This document shows positions 17,775 through 27,800 of a stretch of 61,282 bases of DNA, one piece after another; within the stretch, counting starts at the first letter, position 1; each line of letters opens with the position of its first letter. The stretch lies in the IMG/VR virus record IMGVR_UViG_3300033402_000012, positions 1 to 61,282 of that record. One strand, given 5' to 3'. The translations under genes and the position numbers were made by a program. Below the pieces are notes generated by a model. The model made no database searches, was not told where the DNA came from, and saw only the letters and a list, made by a program, of their open reading frames with translations. The stretch is from a virus. Its lineage: Duplodnaviria > Caudoviricetes.

Positions 17775-20326
17775 TGCCAATTTTCTCGTTGCCTACAACT
17801 TTATACGCTGAACATCTTTACTACTATCAAAGTCAAACTTTGGACAAGTGTACTATTATCGCTACAGCAAGCGACCAATCCGGTGTACTTTCCACATCCA
17901 ATGATGTTATATACTTTGATGGTGCAGGTGTAGCACAGAACATTTTTACGCCTTCTTTAAATGCCCGTCCACCCCGTGCAGTTTGTTCACGGGATTATGA
18001 ATATTTCCTAGACGGAATATCAGCGGATAATTATAAATGGACTTTAGTTGGTGGTAGCGCCGTTTCCAATTGGGGAATTGCTGCCCCGCCTTCGGCTTTA
18101 ACCGTCGGTATTGCTACTGGTGGTGGAGCAGTAGTGTATACCCTTTCTGCGGCGGCTAATGCTGTCGGAGGAAATACTACATACACGGGCACCAATTTAC
18201 AGAATCTTTCCGCTGGAACAATCGTTCAAATAAGCGGGTTCACCAATGCTGGCAATAATGGAAACTTCCCTGTTGTAAGTGCTACTGGTTCAGGGCCTAC
18301 TTCAACCGTTACTGTGGTTAATAGCGGCGGAATTACTGAGTCCGCTGCTGCTACCCTAGTGACAGACAATGCGATAAATCCCACCACTCTCTTGAATGGT
18401 TGGGGCGCTTATGCTCATGTGGGGAGTTATGAGGGTGGCACCAATCAGGGATATAACTTTGCGACCGATTCATCCGTCACCGCAGCCTATACCAATCCCG
18501 GTAACGTATTTGACGGAAGTGATACGACTTTTTCCTATGCCGTGGGGCAACACACACATAACTATTGGGGATGTGTTTGGAGTTTTACAAATCCTAATAA
18601 GTTCAATAATCTAACCCTGCAAATTCTTTCTGAAGTTCCCACAAACGGAACAGATGGGTATACTTCAACCGCGAGAAGCGCGGGTCTTTGGTACTCATTG
18701 GATGGCGGAACTTCGTGGACTCAAATTTATAACATGGCTCTCCGTGCAAAGCAATGGGATGCTGTGTCGCTTCCCAATGGTCAAGACCTCACGCAAGTTC
18801 AAGTCATGGCCTTTTTGGATAGCCATGATGACATGTATCAAAAAGTCTATACCATAAAAATTCTTGGTGAAACAACGGGTAATGGACCTATTACACTAAA
18901 TACAGGTCGTCAATACTTCACTGTCTTTTACAGTTCCATTACCGGAAATTATAGTGACCTTTCGCCGTTGAGTGTGAGTACAGGACCCGTTAATGGTGGG
19001 GCGTTTCCCCTTACCAATATTCCCGTATCTCCCGACCCACAAGTGACAGATGTTATTATCTTAGCTACGGCTGATGGTGGCGACCCATCAATATTATATT
19101 TTGTGGCTGATGTTTCCAATGGTACAACAATATATCAAGATGGCACACCAGAAGCACAGTTGCTTTTGAGCGACATATATTTCTTTACCGACGATTCAGG
19201 AAATGAATTTGGCGTGAAAGACAATGGACTTCCTCCAAATGGAAGTTACATCATTAAACATCTTGGACGTTTGTGGATGATTGACGGCCCACTATTGTAC
19301 TTTTCTAAGAGCATCGCTGAACTAACCACCCCATCAGGAATCATAGCCGGACGCTATGAAGAAGATTGGGACCCACAAGACGCACTTGATATCTCCGAGG
19401 ATTCAGAAATAGGTAAGGGATTATACAGTGACGGACAAACTCTTTACATTGGAACTTCTCGACAAATTCGACGAGTGACAGGAACAGACCCCTCTAACTT
19501 CACTGGACCTAATGTTGTGTTTAATGAGGCGGGGATTCTTAATCAAGATGTTTGGCAAACAGTATTCTTAGAAGGTTCTCCTCTAGGAACCATGTGGCTG
19601 ACTCCCGATTATCGCGTTCTCCTTAGCGATTTCAATACTTATAATGATGTAGGAGTAGAAGTTCAAAGTACATTAAACTCTATCAATAAACCCTATGACC
19701 AAACCAGTTGGGCTATGTTTTTGGCCGATGGACCATACAATCTTTATGTCCTTGCTATCCCTACAGGTTCCGCAACTACCCCAAATACGCTTCTAGTTTT
19801 CGATTTGCACTCTAAACAATGGTATACTTGGCAACTCGCAGATAATCTTTTATGTGCCTTGTATTATATGAATCTTAGTGGGATGCCACGCGGGGTGTTT
19901 GTAGATGCTAATGGTATCTTCAGGGTGTTCGACAAGACAAAAGTTATGGACCGCGCGACAGATACCATAATTCTTTCTCCAACGGGCATTACGAGCACGA
20001 TTCAAACCAGTTGGCTAGACTTGGGAGATTCTAACCTTCGTAAAGTTCTCAATGAAATAGAAACAACGACCACTGTAGCGGGAACGCTTATTAGCATCAT
20101 GGGCGCATCAGATTCTAGCACATTTGCAACGCCTAATGTCGTTCTCTCTGGTGCAGCACTCATTCAAAATCAGTTCGGTGATTATAAGACCTTTTTGGCT
20201 GGTTATCCAACGACTGACCGTTGGTATAAAATGAATTGGACTTCCACTTCTACGACAGGAAGTTCTTTGACCGATGTTCTGCTTGGTTACTATGGAATTG
20301 AAATTGAACCATCGCACCGATTCTAA
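17774..20326 (+). CDS. Tail nozzle/stabilisation protein with inserted carbohydrate-binding-like domain
   Basis: 850 aa beta-rich; HLGRLW, LYFS, VFDLHSKQW, QTSWLDLG; insert with FDG and YSLDGGTSW. Confidence 0.75.
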   Translation: MPIFSLPTTLYAEHLYYYQSQTLDKCTIIATASDQSGVLSTSNDVIYFDGAGVAQNIFTPSLNARPPRAVCSRDYEYFLDGISADNYKWTLVGGSAVSNWGIAAPPSALTVGIATGGGAVVYTLSAAANAVGGNTTYTGTNLQNLSAGTIVQISGFTNAGNNGNFPVVSATGSGPTSTVTVVNSGGITESAAATLVTDNAINPTTLLNGWGAYAHVGSYEGGTNQGYNFATDSSVTAAYTNPGNVFDGSDTTFSYAVGQHTHNYWGCVWSFTNPNKFNNLTLQILSEVPTNGTDGYTSTARSAGLWYSLDGGTSWTQIYNMALRAKQWDAVSLPNGQDLTQVQVMAFLDSHDDMYQKVYTIKILGETTGNGPITLNTGRQYFTVFYSSITGNYSDLSPLSVSTGPVNGGAFPLTNIPVSPDPQVTDVIILATADGGDPSILYFVADVSNGTTIYQDGTPEAQLLLSDIYFFTDDSGNEFGVKDNGLPPNGSYIIKHLGRLWMIDGPLLYFSKSIAELTTPSGIIAGRYEEDWDPQDALDISEDSEIGKGLYSDGQTLYIGTSRQIRRVTGTDPSNFTGPNVVFNEAGILNQDVWQTVFLEGSPLGTMWLTPDYRVLLSDFNTYNDVGVEVQSTLNSINKPYDQTSWAMFLADGPYNLYVLAIPTGSATTPNTLLVFDLHSKQWYTWQLADNLLCALYYMNLSGMPRGVFVDANGIFRVFDKTKVMDRATDTIILSPTGITSTIQTSWLDLGDSNLRKVLNEIETTTTVAGTLISIMGASDSSTFATPNVVLSGAALIQNQFGDYKTFLAGYPTTDRWYKMNWTSTSTTGSSLTDVLLGYYGIEIEPSHRF

Positions 20327-21624
20327 TGCCACTAAAACTACGCAACTTTAATGATACTAAAATTCTAAATGCTTGGGCGGATGGAATTGAAAGTAAATTG
20401 AATTCCATCCGTGGAACTACTACTGTAATTGGTGGTTCCTCTCCGAATTCCCTAAGACAATCACAATTTGGTGATGGTATAGTTCATGGTGATTCTGAAC
20501 ATGTCATTGACCCGGCATACGTTTATATTCGTGATGAATTCATCGGTGGTGCAGGCACAACTATTTATGGTCCGGGGTCTACTGCATATAACTTTTTTGG
20601 TGAGATGAACTGGTTTCAAGGCGGCCAAGGTGGTCTAGCCTATCAAGGAACAGGTTGGGGTGGCATTCCAAATATGTTTGGAGTGTTATACATGATAACA
20701 AACTCCACCACAAATCAAAATATATACATAATTCCGGGGTCAGTCTATCAATCCGCAACTTCAGGTAATACGGAGGCTGCGCCCTTAATTCCAATGTTCG
20801 ACTATCCTTCTTGGGAAATAACATGGATTTTTGGTCTACAGCGTTATCAAATGTATGATTCCGCTGCGAGTCCATTTCCAACGCTAGCAAATACCAGCTT
20901 CTATTTAGGGCTGTCCGCGTGGCCGGGGTTTGCGCCCTCTAATACATTTGGTCGTCCTCCTATCTTCGTTGGATTACGATATGACCGAGATAATACGGCT
21001 CCTACCATAGCGGATTCAACTTTTCACTTTGAAGCTGTCGTTCAAAATTCCATAACAAGCGGACGCCAAAATACTCAGGGGAATGTTTACAATACCCCAT
21101 TCTCTCCAAGAGAACAAGTTCCCTATAGATTTTCGATGCGTTGTCTCACTATGGGACAAGTTCAAATGCGCCTATTGAGTAATGCCGGAGAAGACACAGG
21201 TTGGCAACCTATGAACATTCCCTCTCAAACATGGGTAGGAGGAAGCAATTATGGTAATACCAATGGACTAGTTTCTGTACTAATGAATGGCGCGAGTCCA
21301 CCAAACTCCGTCATGGCCGGACCTGGTACGCAGATTTATGTAAATGGTTGGAATGGTACATCCTCATTGACTAGAACTAATGCTCGATATAGTCCGTATA
21401 CTCTAACATGGGCATCTAATACTGATGGGTCTGCCTCGCAAAGCAATACCACTTTTTCGTACTATCCCGCCGTACATCCTTATGCTTGTTGGGGAAATGA
21501 TAGTGAATCCTCTCCCATTAATGACAGAGTTCTACTTTTAGATTTCTTTGCCTTTTTATGGAATCCGGGTGTAAATCCTGCGAATACTTTTACAACTAAT
21601 CCCAGTTTAGCTAGATACTTTTAA
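20326..21624 (+). CDS. Putative tail spike/receptor-binding protein
   Basis: Aromatic, beta-rich, coupled to the nozzle gene. Confidence 0.55.
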   Translation: MPLKLRNFNDTKILNAWADGIESKLNSIRGTTTVIGGSSPNSLRQSQFGDGIVHGDSEHVIDPAYVYIRDEFIGGAGTTIYGPGSTAYNFFGEMNWFQGGQGGLAYQGTGWGGIPNMFGVLYMITNSTTNQNIYIIPGSVYQSATSGNTEAAPLIPMFDYPSWEITWIFGLQRYQMYDSAASPFPTLANTSFYLGLSAWPGFAPSNTFGRPPIFVGLRYDRDNTAPTIADSTFHFEAVVQNSITSGRQNTQGNVYNTPFSPREQVPYRFSMRCLTMGQVQMRLLSNAGEDTGWQPMNIPSQTWVGGSNYGNTNGLVSVLMNGASPPNSVMAGPGTQIYVNGWNGTSSLTRTNARYSPYTLTWASNTDGSASQSNTTFSYYPAVHPYACWGNDSESSPINDRVLLLDFFAFLWNPGVNPANTFTTNPSLARYF

Positions 21625-21634
21625 GGAAAATAGA

Positions 21635-21898
21635 ATGACCGATGATGGCGAGAGAATTTTAATTGAAATAGGAAATCTCAAAGGTACAATGGAATCGAAG
21701 TTTGGCGATGTCCGGTCTGATATCAGTAGTGTTCACGGCGAGATTCTTGCTCTAGCCGGACCAAAGGGACGTGTCACCGTCCTAGAAGACCAACTTGAGA
21801 AACAAGCAATGTGGTCGAAAATTCACACTTTTGCGTTATTGTTTGTTCCACCCGTTGTACATAAGGGATTAGTGGTTGTTTCAAAATTTTTCATATAG
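21635..21898 (+). CDS. Coiled coil plus C-terminal TM protein
   Basis: Topology resembles small phage membrane/lysis proteins. Confidence 0.5.
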   Translation: MTDDGERILIEIGNLKGTMESKFGDVRSDISSVHGEILALAGPKGRVTVLEDQLEKQAMWSKIHTFALLFVPPVVHKGLVVVSKFFI

Positions 21899-21906
21899 GA
21901 GAGGTT

Positions 21907-22260
21907 ATGATAAAACGGTTGAGGGCAGCTACACCTGAGGAAATTGAGAAGTTCAAAGAAACCAGTGACCTAGACCCCACTTGCGTAGTCGTGGCATTGG
22001 ATATGAATAGCTCAACAGCATTTGCAGTCATTCGCACGGCAATTGAAGTGGACCCGGTATTATTTCCGCCGGAATGGAATACGAAGATGAAGGCTATCTT
22101 CGTTAGAGATATCGAAACCTTTCTAACGGCCAAGGGAGCCATTTCCTATTACTTTAATGTATTGTGTTCAGAAGAAGAATGGCAAAAGAACATTAAGCAT
22201 TGGGGCTGTGAACAGTTAAGCGTCGCCCCGGAATTTCGATTCAAACGAAAACTTTTTTAA
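21907..22260 (+). CDS. Degenerate GNAT-like protein before the ejection genes
   Basis: LRAATPEEI start, alpha/beta pattern, position typical of podoviruses. Confidence 0.45.
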   Translation: MIKRLRAATPEEIEKFKETSDLDPTCVVVALDMNSSTAFAVIRTAIEVDPVLFPPEWNTKMKAIFVRDIETFLTAKGAISYYFNVLCSEEEWQKNIKHWGCEQLSVAPEFRFKRKLF

Positions 22261-22269
22261 GGGAATACG

Positions 22270-22695
22270 ATGTCCACTAAGCAGAAAACCCAAAACACAA
22301 ACACGTATGACCAACAGATGATGGACCAGTACCAGACATTTCAAGCGCCCTTGACTGGTGCATATTTGTCTAACATAAGCAATCCTCTCGCGGGTACAGG
22401 CTATCAACAGCAACTTGCTCAGGGTCAACGTGGGGCCGCGGAAGGCGCAGGTGTTCCACAATTGACTGACCAAATGACTTTGAGCGGTGTGTCTTCCTCT
22501 TCACCGTTGTTTGCGAAACGTCTTCGTCAACAGGCGGGTGTGGCGAACACGCAGCGTGCGGGATTACAGAATATGTTATTGAATCAAGGTCAGTCTTACG
22601 CCACGCAAAATGCTATGGCTGGTATGTTCTATTCTCCGATGCAAACTGGTTCGACTCAGACAACGGAAATGGGCGGACCTGGAAGTTACGTTTAA
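22270..22695 (+). CDS. Internal virion (ejection) protein
   Basis: Gln/Gly/Met-rich; MSTKQKTQ N-terminus. Confidence 0.6.
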   Translation: MSTKQKTQNTNTYDQQMMDQYQTFQAPLTGAYLSNISNPLAGTGYQQQLAQGQRGAAEGAGVPQLTDQMTLSGVSSSSPLFAKRLRQQAGVANTQRAGLQNMLLNQGQSYATQNAMAGMFYSPMQTGSTQTTEMGGPGSYV

Positions 22696-22704
22696 GAGAA
22701 AACA

Positions 22705-23454
22705 ATGTCCACAAAAAAGGTAACATCTACTACTGGAACATTTGCAGGTTTGGGAACAGCTCATACCCTACAAGGCGCAGCCTCTCCCGTGTTCACGCAG
22801 GGCGTCCAAAATCCTTTTGGGTCCGCGACTTTCAATGCTATGTCGAATACAGGACGCACGGGATTAGGTGCTCTATCGGCTGGCGCTAACCGCGCACAAA
22901 CTAGCATGGACCGTCAAATGGCTGTTCCACCTTCTCCGGCGTTGCTTGGAGCGCAGAACCGCGACAATCAATTTGCGGGTATGCGGTTGGGCGGTCAAAT
23001 GTCTGATACTCTCCAAATGGGGGCGTTGAATTCCCGTAACTCTCTATTGGGTGGTATGTCAGCCTACCGTCCATTACAGACAGGTGGCACACAGACTGAG
23101 ACAATGACTGGTGCTGGTACATGGGCAGGACCGCTTATAGGTGCTGCATTGTCTATGGGTCTGGGCATGATTCCGGGCGCTGGTGGTGCCGCAGCCGGGG
23201 CATTCAAGAGCCTCCAATCGGGAGCAATGCAAGGAAGCCAGCAGGCCTCACAAGACGCAATCAATTCAGGGCAATTGGACTCTCAAATACAGCCCCTTGA
23301 TATGTCTAGTCCTTACATGAATCCTTATGGCAATTCTGTCAACAACTACAACTTTGGTGGAAGTAGCCCCTTCTTGTTGGGCGGTGGTATGGGTTCCTAT
23401 CCCTCTTCATATGGAATGAATCCCTCTTATACCGACCAGTATTACGGACAATAA
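22705..23454 (+). CDS. Internal virion (ejection) protein, paralog of the previous gene
   Basis: MSTKKVTS N-terminus; shared YxPxQTGxTQT motif; Gly/Ala hydrophobic segment. Confidence 0.65.
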   Translation: MSTKKVTSTTGTFAGLGTAHTLQGAASPVFTQGVQNPFGSATFNAMSNTGRTGLGALSAGANRAQTSMDRQMAVPPSPALLGAQNRDNQFAGMRLGGQMSDTLQMGALNSRNSLLGGMSAYRPLQTGGTQTETMTGAGTWAGPLIGAALSMGLGMIPGAGGAAAGAFKSLQSGAMQGSQQASQDAINSGQLDSQIQPLDMSSPYMNPYGNSVNNYNFGGSSPFLLGGGMGSYPSSYGMNPSYTDQYYGQ

Positions 23455-23465
23455 AGGAAATCACA

Positions 23466-24848
23466 ATGGCGCAAGGCGACGGAATCAATCCTAACTACAA
23501 TCTCTCTGGCATGGGTCTAGGTATTACTGGCTCACCCTATGTTGACAGTGCCAACCCTTTCATGGCGATGGGTAGGCCTTATGCTGCGGACATTTCTAAT
23601 CCGGCCTTGGCCCCTCATATGCAACCGTACTCGGATTCTTTGGTAAGAGGTCTTGCTCCATTGCCAGAAATGGAAGGCCGTCAAACGGGTCCTGTTGCAC
23701 AACCAAATATGACGCGAACTCCGGCTGCGCCTCAAGGTGGCGGATTCCCCACTATGGGTGGGATGGTCACGCCACAACAAATGCAATCCATGATTGCGCC
23801 CTATCAAGCAATGGCTCAAAAAGCGTTTCCAACTGACCCTATCTTTGGAAATGGTGCCTTTCAAGCTGCCCATCCAAGAGTGGCAGGAGGTATTTCTAAT
23901 TTCCTACTTGCGGCTTCTATGATTAAGCCGGGTATGACAGTCGGTGAAAATATCTCTAATGTTGCTGGTGGTGTGCTTGGTGCTAAGCAGTTTGGGCGTG
24001 AGCAACAGCTTCGTCAAGCCATGTTCCCGTACCAGATGTTGACTACCCAACTTGGTCCTCAAGAACTCTTGACTCGAATGTATCAGCAAGGCCAGATGGG
24101 TCGATATTATGGGATGCACGGCGACTATATGGCCGGAGCCGCCACAGACCTTGCTAATTCTAAAGCCTTAGCTGCCCAAGAACTTGCTGCTCACCGAGGA
24201 CAAAAAGAATGGACTGGTGCAGACGGTCGTCTCTGGACCTATAATCCCGCCAATCCCGAAGCAGGTGCGTATCCAGTAGCAGGCGCAGGACCGGGAACCT
24301 TTGTTCCGCCCCGTGGCGGTGGCGGACCCCTTGCTAATATGACTCAAACTCAATTGGCGTTAATTGCAGGAGCCAAACCCGGAACAGTGGACCCGGATAT
24401 GCAAGACCAAGCCAAGAGAGCAATTGGTGTTCTGACGCAAATGGCAGGCGGTAAAGCTGGTGCTGAAGCTTCAGCCAAGGAGCCAACAGTTCAAGAAAAT
24501 TCTCTTGTGTCTGAGGCCAAGCAAACTGCTCTTGAACAATGGAAGGCTCAGAAACCGCCTAATAATCCGATGGATTGGGCCATGAGCACGGGCTATAAGG
24601 GTAAAGACCTTCAAGGTGATTTCCAAAAAGCACAGAAGACTTGGAACTCTAGCCTAGAAGACAAGATGGCCGATGTTACTAAGTATCAAACCAGCGGTGC
24701 GGCTGGTAAGGGCATCACCCACCAAGACTGGACCGCTGCCAAACAAGGCCAAGTTCCTTCTGACATCCCAACCAATCAAATTATCTACAAAAACTCTAAA
24801 CCAGTAGCTTTCCTTCGCAATAATGTTCGTGTTGACTTAACTCAATAA
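23466..24848 (+). CDS. Internal virion (ejection) protein
   Basis: Ala/Gly/Gln/Met-rich 460 aa before the giant protein. Confidence 0.6.
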   Translation: MAQGDGINPNYNLSGMGLGITGSPYVDSANPFMAMGRPYAADISNPALAPHMQPYSDSLVRGLAPLPEMEGRQTGPVAQPNMTRTPAAPQGGGFPTMGGMVTPQQMQSMIAPYQAMAQKAFPTDPIFGNGAFQAAHPRVAGGISNFLLAASMIKPGMTVGENISNVAGGVLGAKQFGREQQLRQAMFPYQMLTTQLGPQELLTRMYQQGQMGRYYGMHGDYMAGAATDLANSKALAAQELAAHRGQKEWTGADGRLWTYNPANPEAGAYPVAGAGPGTFVPPRGGGGPLANMTQTQLALIAGAKPGTVDPDMQDQAKRAIGVLTQMAGGKAGAEASAKEPTVQENSLVSEAKQTALEQWKAQKPPNNPMDWAMSTGYKGKDLQGDFQKAQKTWNSSLEDKMADVTKYQTSGAAGKGITHQDWTAAKQGQVPSDIPTNQIIYKNSKPVAFLRNNVRVDLTQ

Positions 24849-24860
24849 GACTGGACTCAC

Positions 24861-27800
24861 ATGCCAAACGGTGATGCTATTCCGCTGAAGCCGGGAGAGA
24901 CATTCGGCCAGCCAAATAACTCCCATCTCCTTCAAGAAGGAGAGACTCTTGGTTCCACTGATGGTTCACACCTTCTACAATCAGGTGAGACATTAGGCCC
25001 ACCTCAAAAGGGTCCAGAGCAAAGCTATACTCTCTCCGACCTTGGAACCCCCCACAGTATTGCCCCCGAAGAAGGCATTGCATCTAGGTTCTTTGACCGT
25101 CCGGCTACGCCGCTTCCTCCCCGTATGTCTATTGGGGAGAAGGCTGTTCATTCTGTAGACCAAGTTTTTCAAACTGCGAAAGATTACTATACACCCCCGT
25201 CAGGTTCTTCGGCAATTGAACGATTGCCTGAAGGATTCATGCGGGGTGTTATTGGTTTAGCGCAGTTTCCTGTTCAAGCAATTGAAGCTGGTGCTATGCC
25301 AGCACAGACACCAGAAGAAGCTGTTGTTCAAGCTTCTAGTGGTGGCAGTCCTGTTGGTTTAATGGCAAAGCGTTTGGGATATGACCCTCAAGCGCAAATG
25401 GCGGAAGTTGCCAAGCAGAGAGCCGAGCAAGGTCGCACATCGGAGTCAATGGCCTATAGTGCTGCTGCGGGAATTCCAATCTTCGGTCCTATTGCGGCAA
25501 GTGCTGGTGAAACAGCAGGTAAGGGCGATGTAGCAGGAGCTATCGGTGAAACTGCGGCTCTATTTACTGTTCCCGAACTTATCCGTGGTGCTCGCGCCGA
25601 ACTTGCCCGAACTCCTTTTGATGAATTTCGTGGAAGACCATTACAAGAAACTCCCTCTGTTGATTTAGGCACAATTCGTACGGGCGGTGGCTTTAAAGAA
25701 TCTGGTGTAAATGTTGACATTCGTCAACGTGAGTTTCCATTTTCCAAAACTTCTGTGGCCCCTGAGCCTGCCATTCAAGGTCCATCAGAACCAATTGATG
25801 TCCGTTCGAGTGCAACTGAAGCGGCTGGTGATGTCAAGACCACAGCCCTCGCTCGTATTCCCAAACCAGAAATTGAAGATACTCGTATTCCGCAGCGTTT
25901 AGGACAACCAGTTCAAGCTACATTAGCTGGCAACCAAGCAACGATGCGTGAAGCTACGCCTGAGCCGATTGTCGGTCAACAACTCGGTCTTTCTCCATCA
26001 GACCAATGGCGCATTGACCTCAAGAACATCTGGCACGCCACTGACGACCAATCCAATATGTTCATGCGTTTCATGCAGCGTCGCGCTGAGATGCACGATA
26101 TGTCTTTGGATGGTTGGTTAAACCAGTGGAAGTTTCAAGTTAATGTCGAACCTGAGCACGAAATCGCAACTCGTAGAGCGCAGATTCGATTTAACATGCA
26201 AGAACACTCTGCACTTATTACAGCCTTTCAAAATGCTAATCCTGATTTTTCTACTATATGGCATGAGTTTGGTCATGTACTTCGGCGAGATTTAACACCC
26301 GATGAATTAAATCACGCTGAGAAGGTCTTTAACATAGACCCCTCTCAAAATCATAAGTGGAATGTCAATCAAGAAGAAGCCTTTGCCCGTGCTCACGACC
26401 GTTGGTTAGTCTATGGAGAATCTCCTACACCCGAAATGAATGGTGTGTTTCAGAAAGTTTCTAAGTTTCTATCTGATACCTACCACGATTGGCGCTCACG
26501 TTTTGATGGTCGAGGGGTCGGGACTCGCGTTGGTGAGGACGCTCAAGGAAATGCCATCTTCAAAAATCCCCTTGATATGGATAAGTTTGCGGGAAGTGAT
26601 GCGTTCTTTGACCGTATGTATCGCAAAACACATGAGGTTAATGAAGCTGCTAATGTTCCCCGTGGTGAATTAACCCCCGCATTTGCAGATGAAGTCAAGG
26701 AAGAAGACCGACCAAGTGCTTACCCTACTTCTGATGTGTCTGGTAATGTCGCGTCTGCTATCAAGAAGATGGTGGATAACGACATTAATCTCAAAAATGC
26801 TTCGACGCCTGAGCAAGCCGAAGCCTACCGAAATTTGAAGTCTTATTCTAAAGACCCTGTGACTGGCGCTGTGTCATATGGCCCTCTTGCAGATAAATTC
26901 GTTCGTGCAGTAAAGCAAAACTTTGATGGTATGTACACGCGGGACCTTCCTGCACTTGTGGATGGTCTGCGTGCGAAGGCCAAATCCTTTGCAGACCTAG
27001 CACATCAAATCTCTTCCCATGTCACTCAAGACGTTGCACTTGAGACGAAACGACCCATTGCTGGTGGGGAAGAGTCGGTTACGGACATGCTCAAGGACTT
27101 ACTTCGTCCGGGTGGTCCTGTTCATACGGGGATTGTGTCTGAGGCTGGCGAACGTGGGTTGGTGGCGGAATTCACCAATGTAGGTCCGGGTGTGCGTTCT
27201 ATTATCTCTGAGTCACGCGGGTTTCTGCCGCGACAGTCGTGGGATTCTTTTGAGCCTTTTGATGGGGAGAAGGCCCCACAGAACATCTCAGCTTTGATGA
27301 CCCTGCGTGAGAAGACCAAAATCTCTTTGCAGAATTCTTTAGCCGAGTTGGGTCAACTTCAAAAGGATTTAGTGGTTGCTAAGGACTTTGCGGATACAAC
27401 CGGGAATCAAGAAAAGGTTTCGGAAGTCTCTGACCGAATTGAATCCTCAATCAATAAGTTCAAAGACCTAACAGGTCGTCTGGATGCTATTGAGAATGTC
27501 AGTGGACGATATCCTACTCAGCGTCAATATGGTCGTACTGAGACTATGCCAGCGCGGGATGCTCAAGGAAACTTGCGCCAACCGGGTCCGCTTGAAACTG
27601 TAACAATTAAGATGGCTGAAGAATACATGGGCCGCAAGATGAATAAAATTCCTACGCCAGAGGAATTGCAAGAGCGCGCCTATGAACTTGGGCAGACAGC
27701 GAAGTATTATCAAAAGGTTTCAGATTTGGCGAAGGGGGCATTAGACCGTCGTAATGCTACGGGACAAGCCTTACCTGACGAGTTGGTCGAAGAGAAGAAG

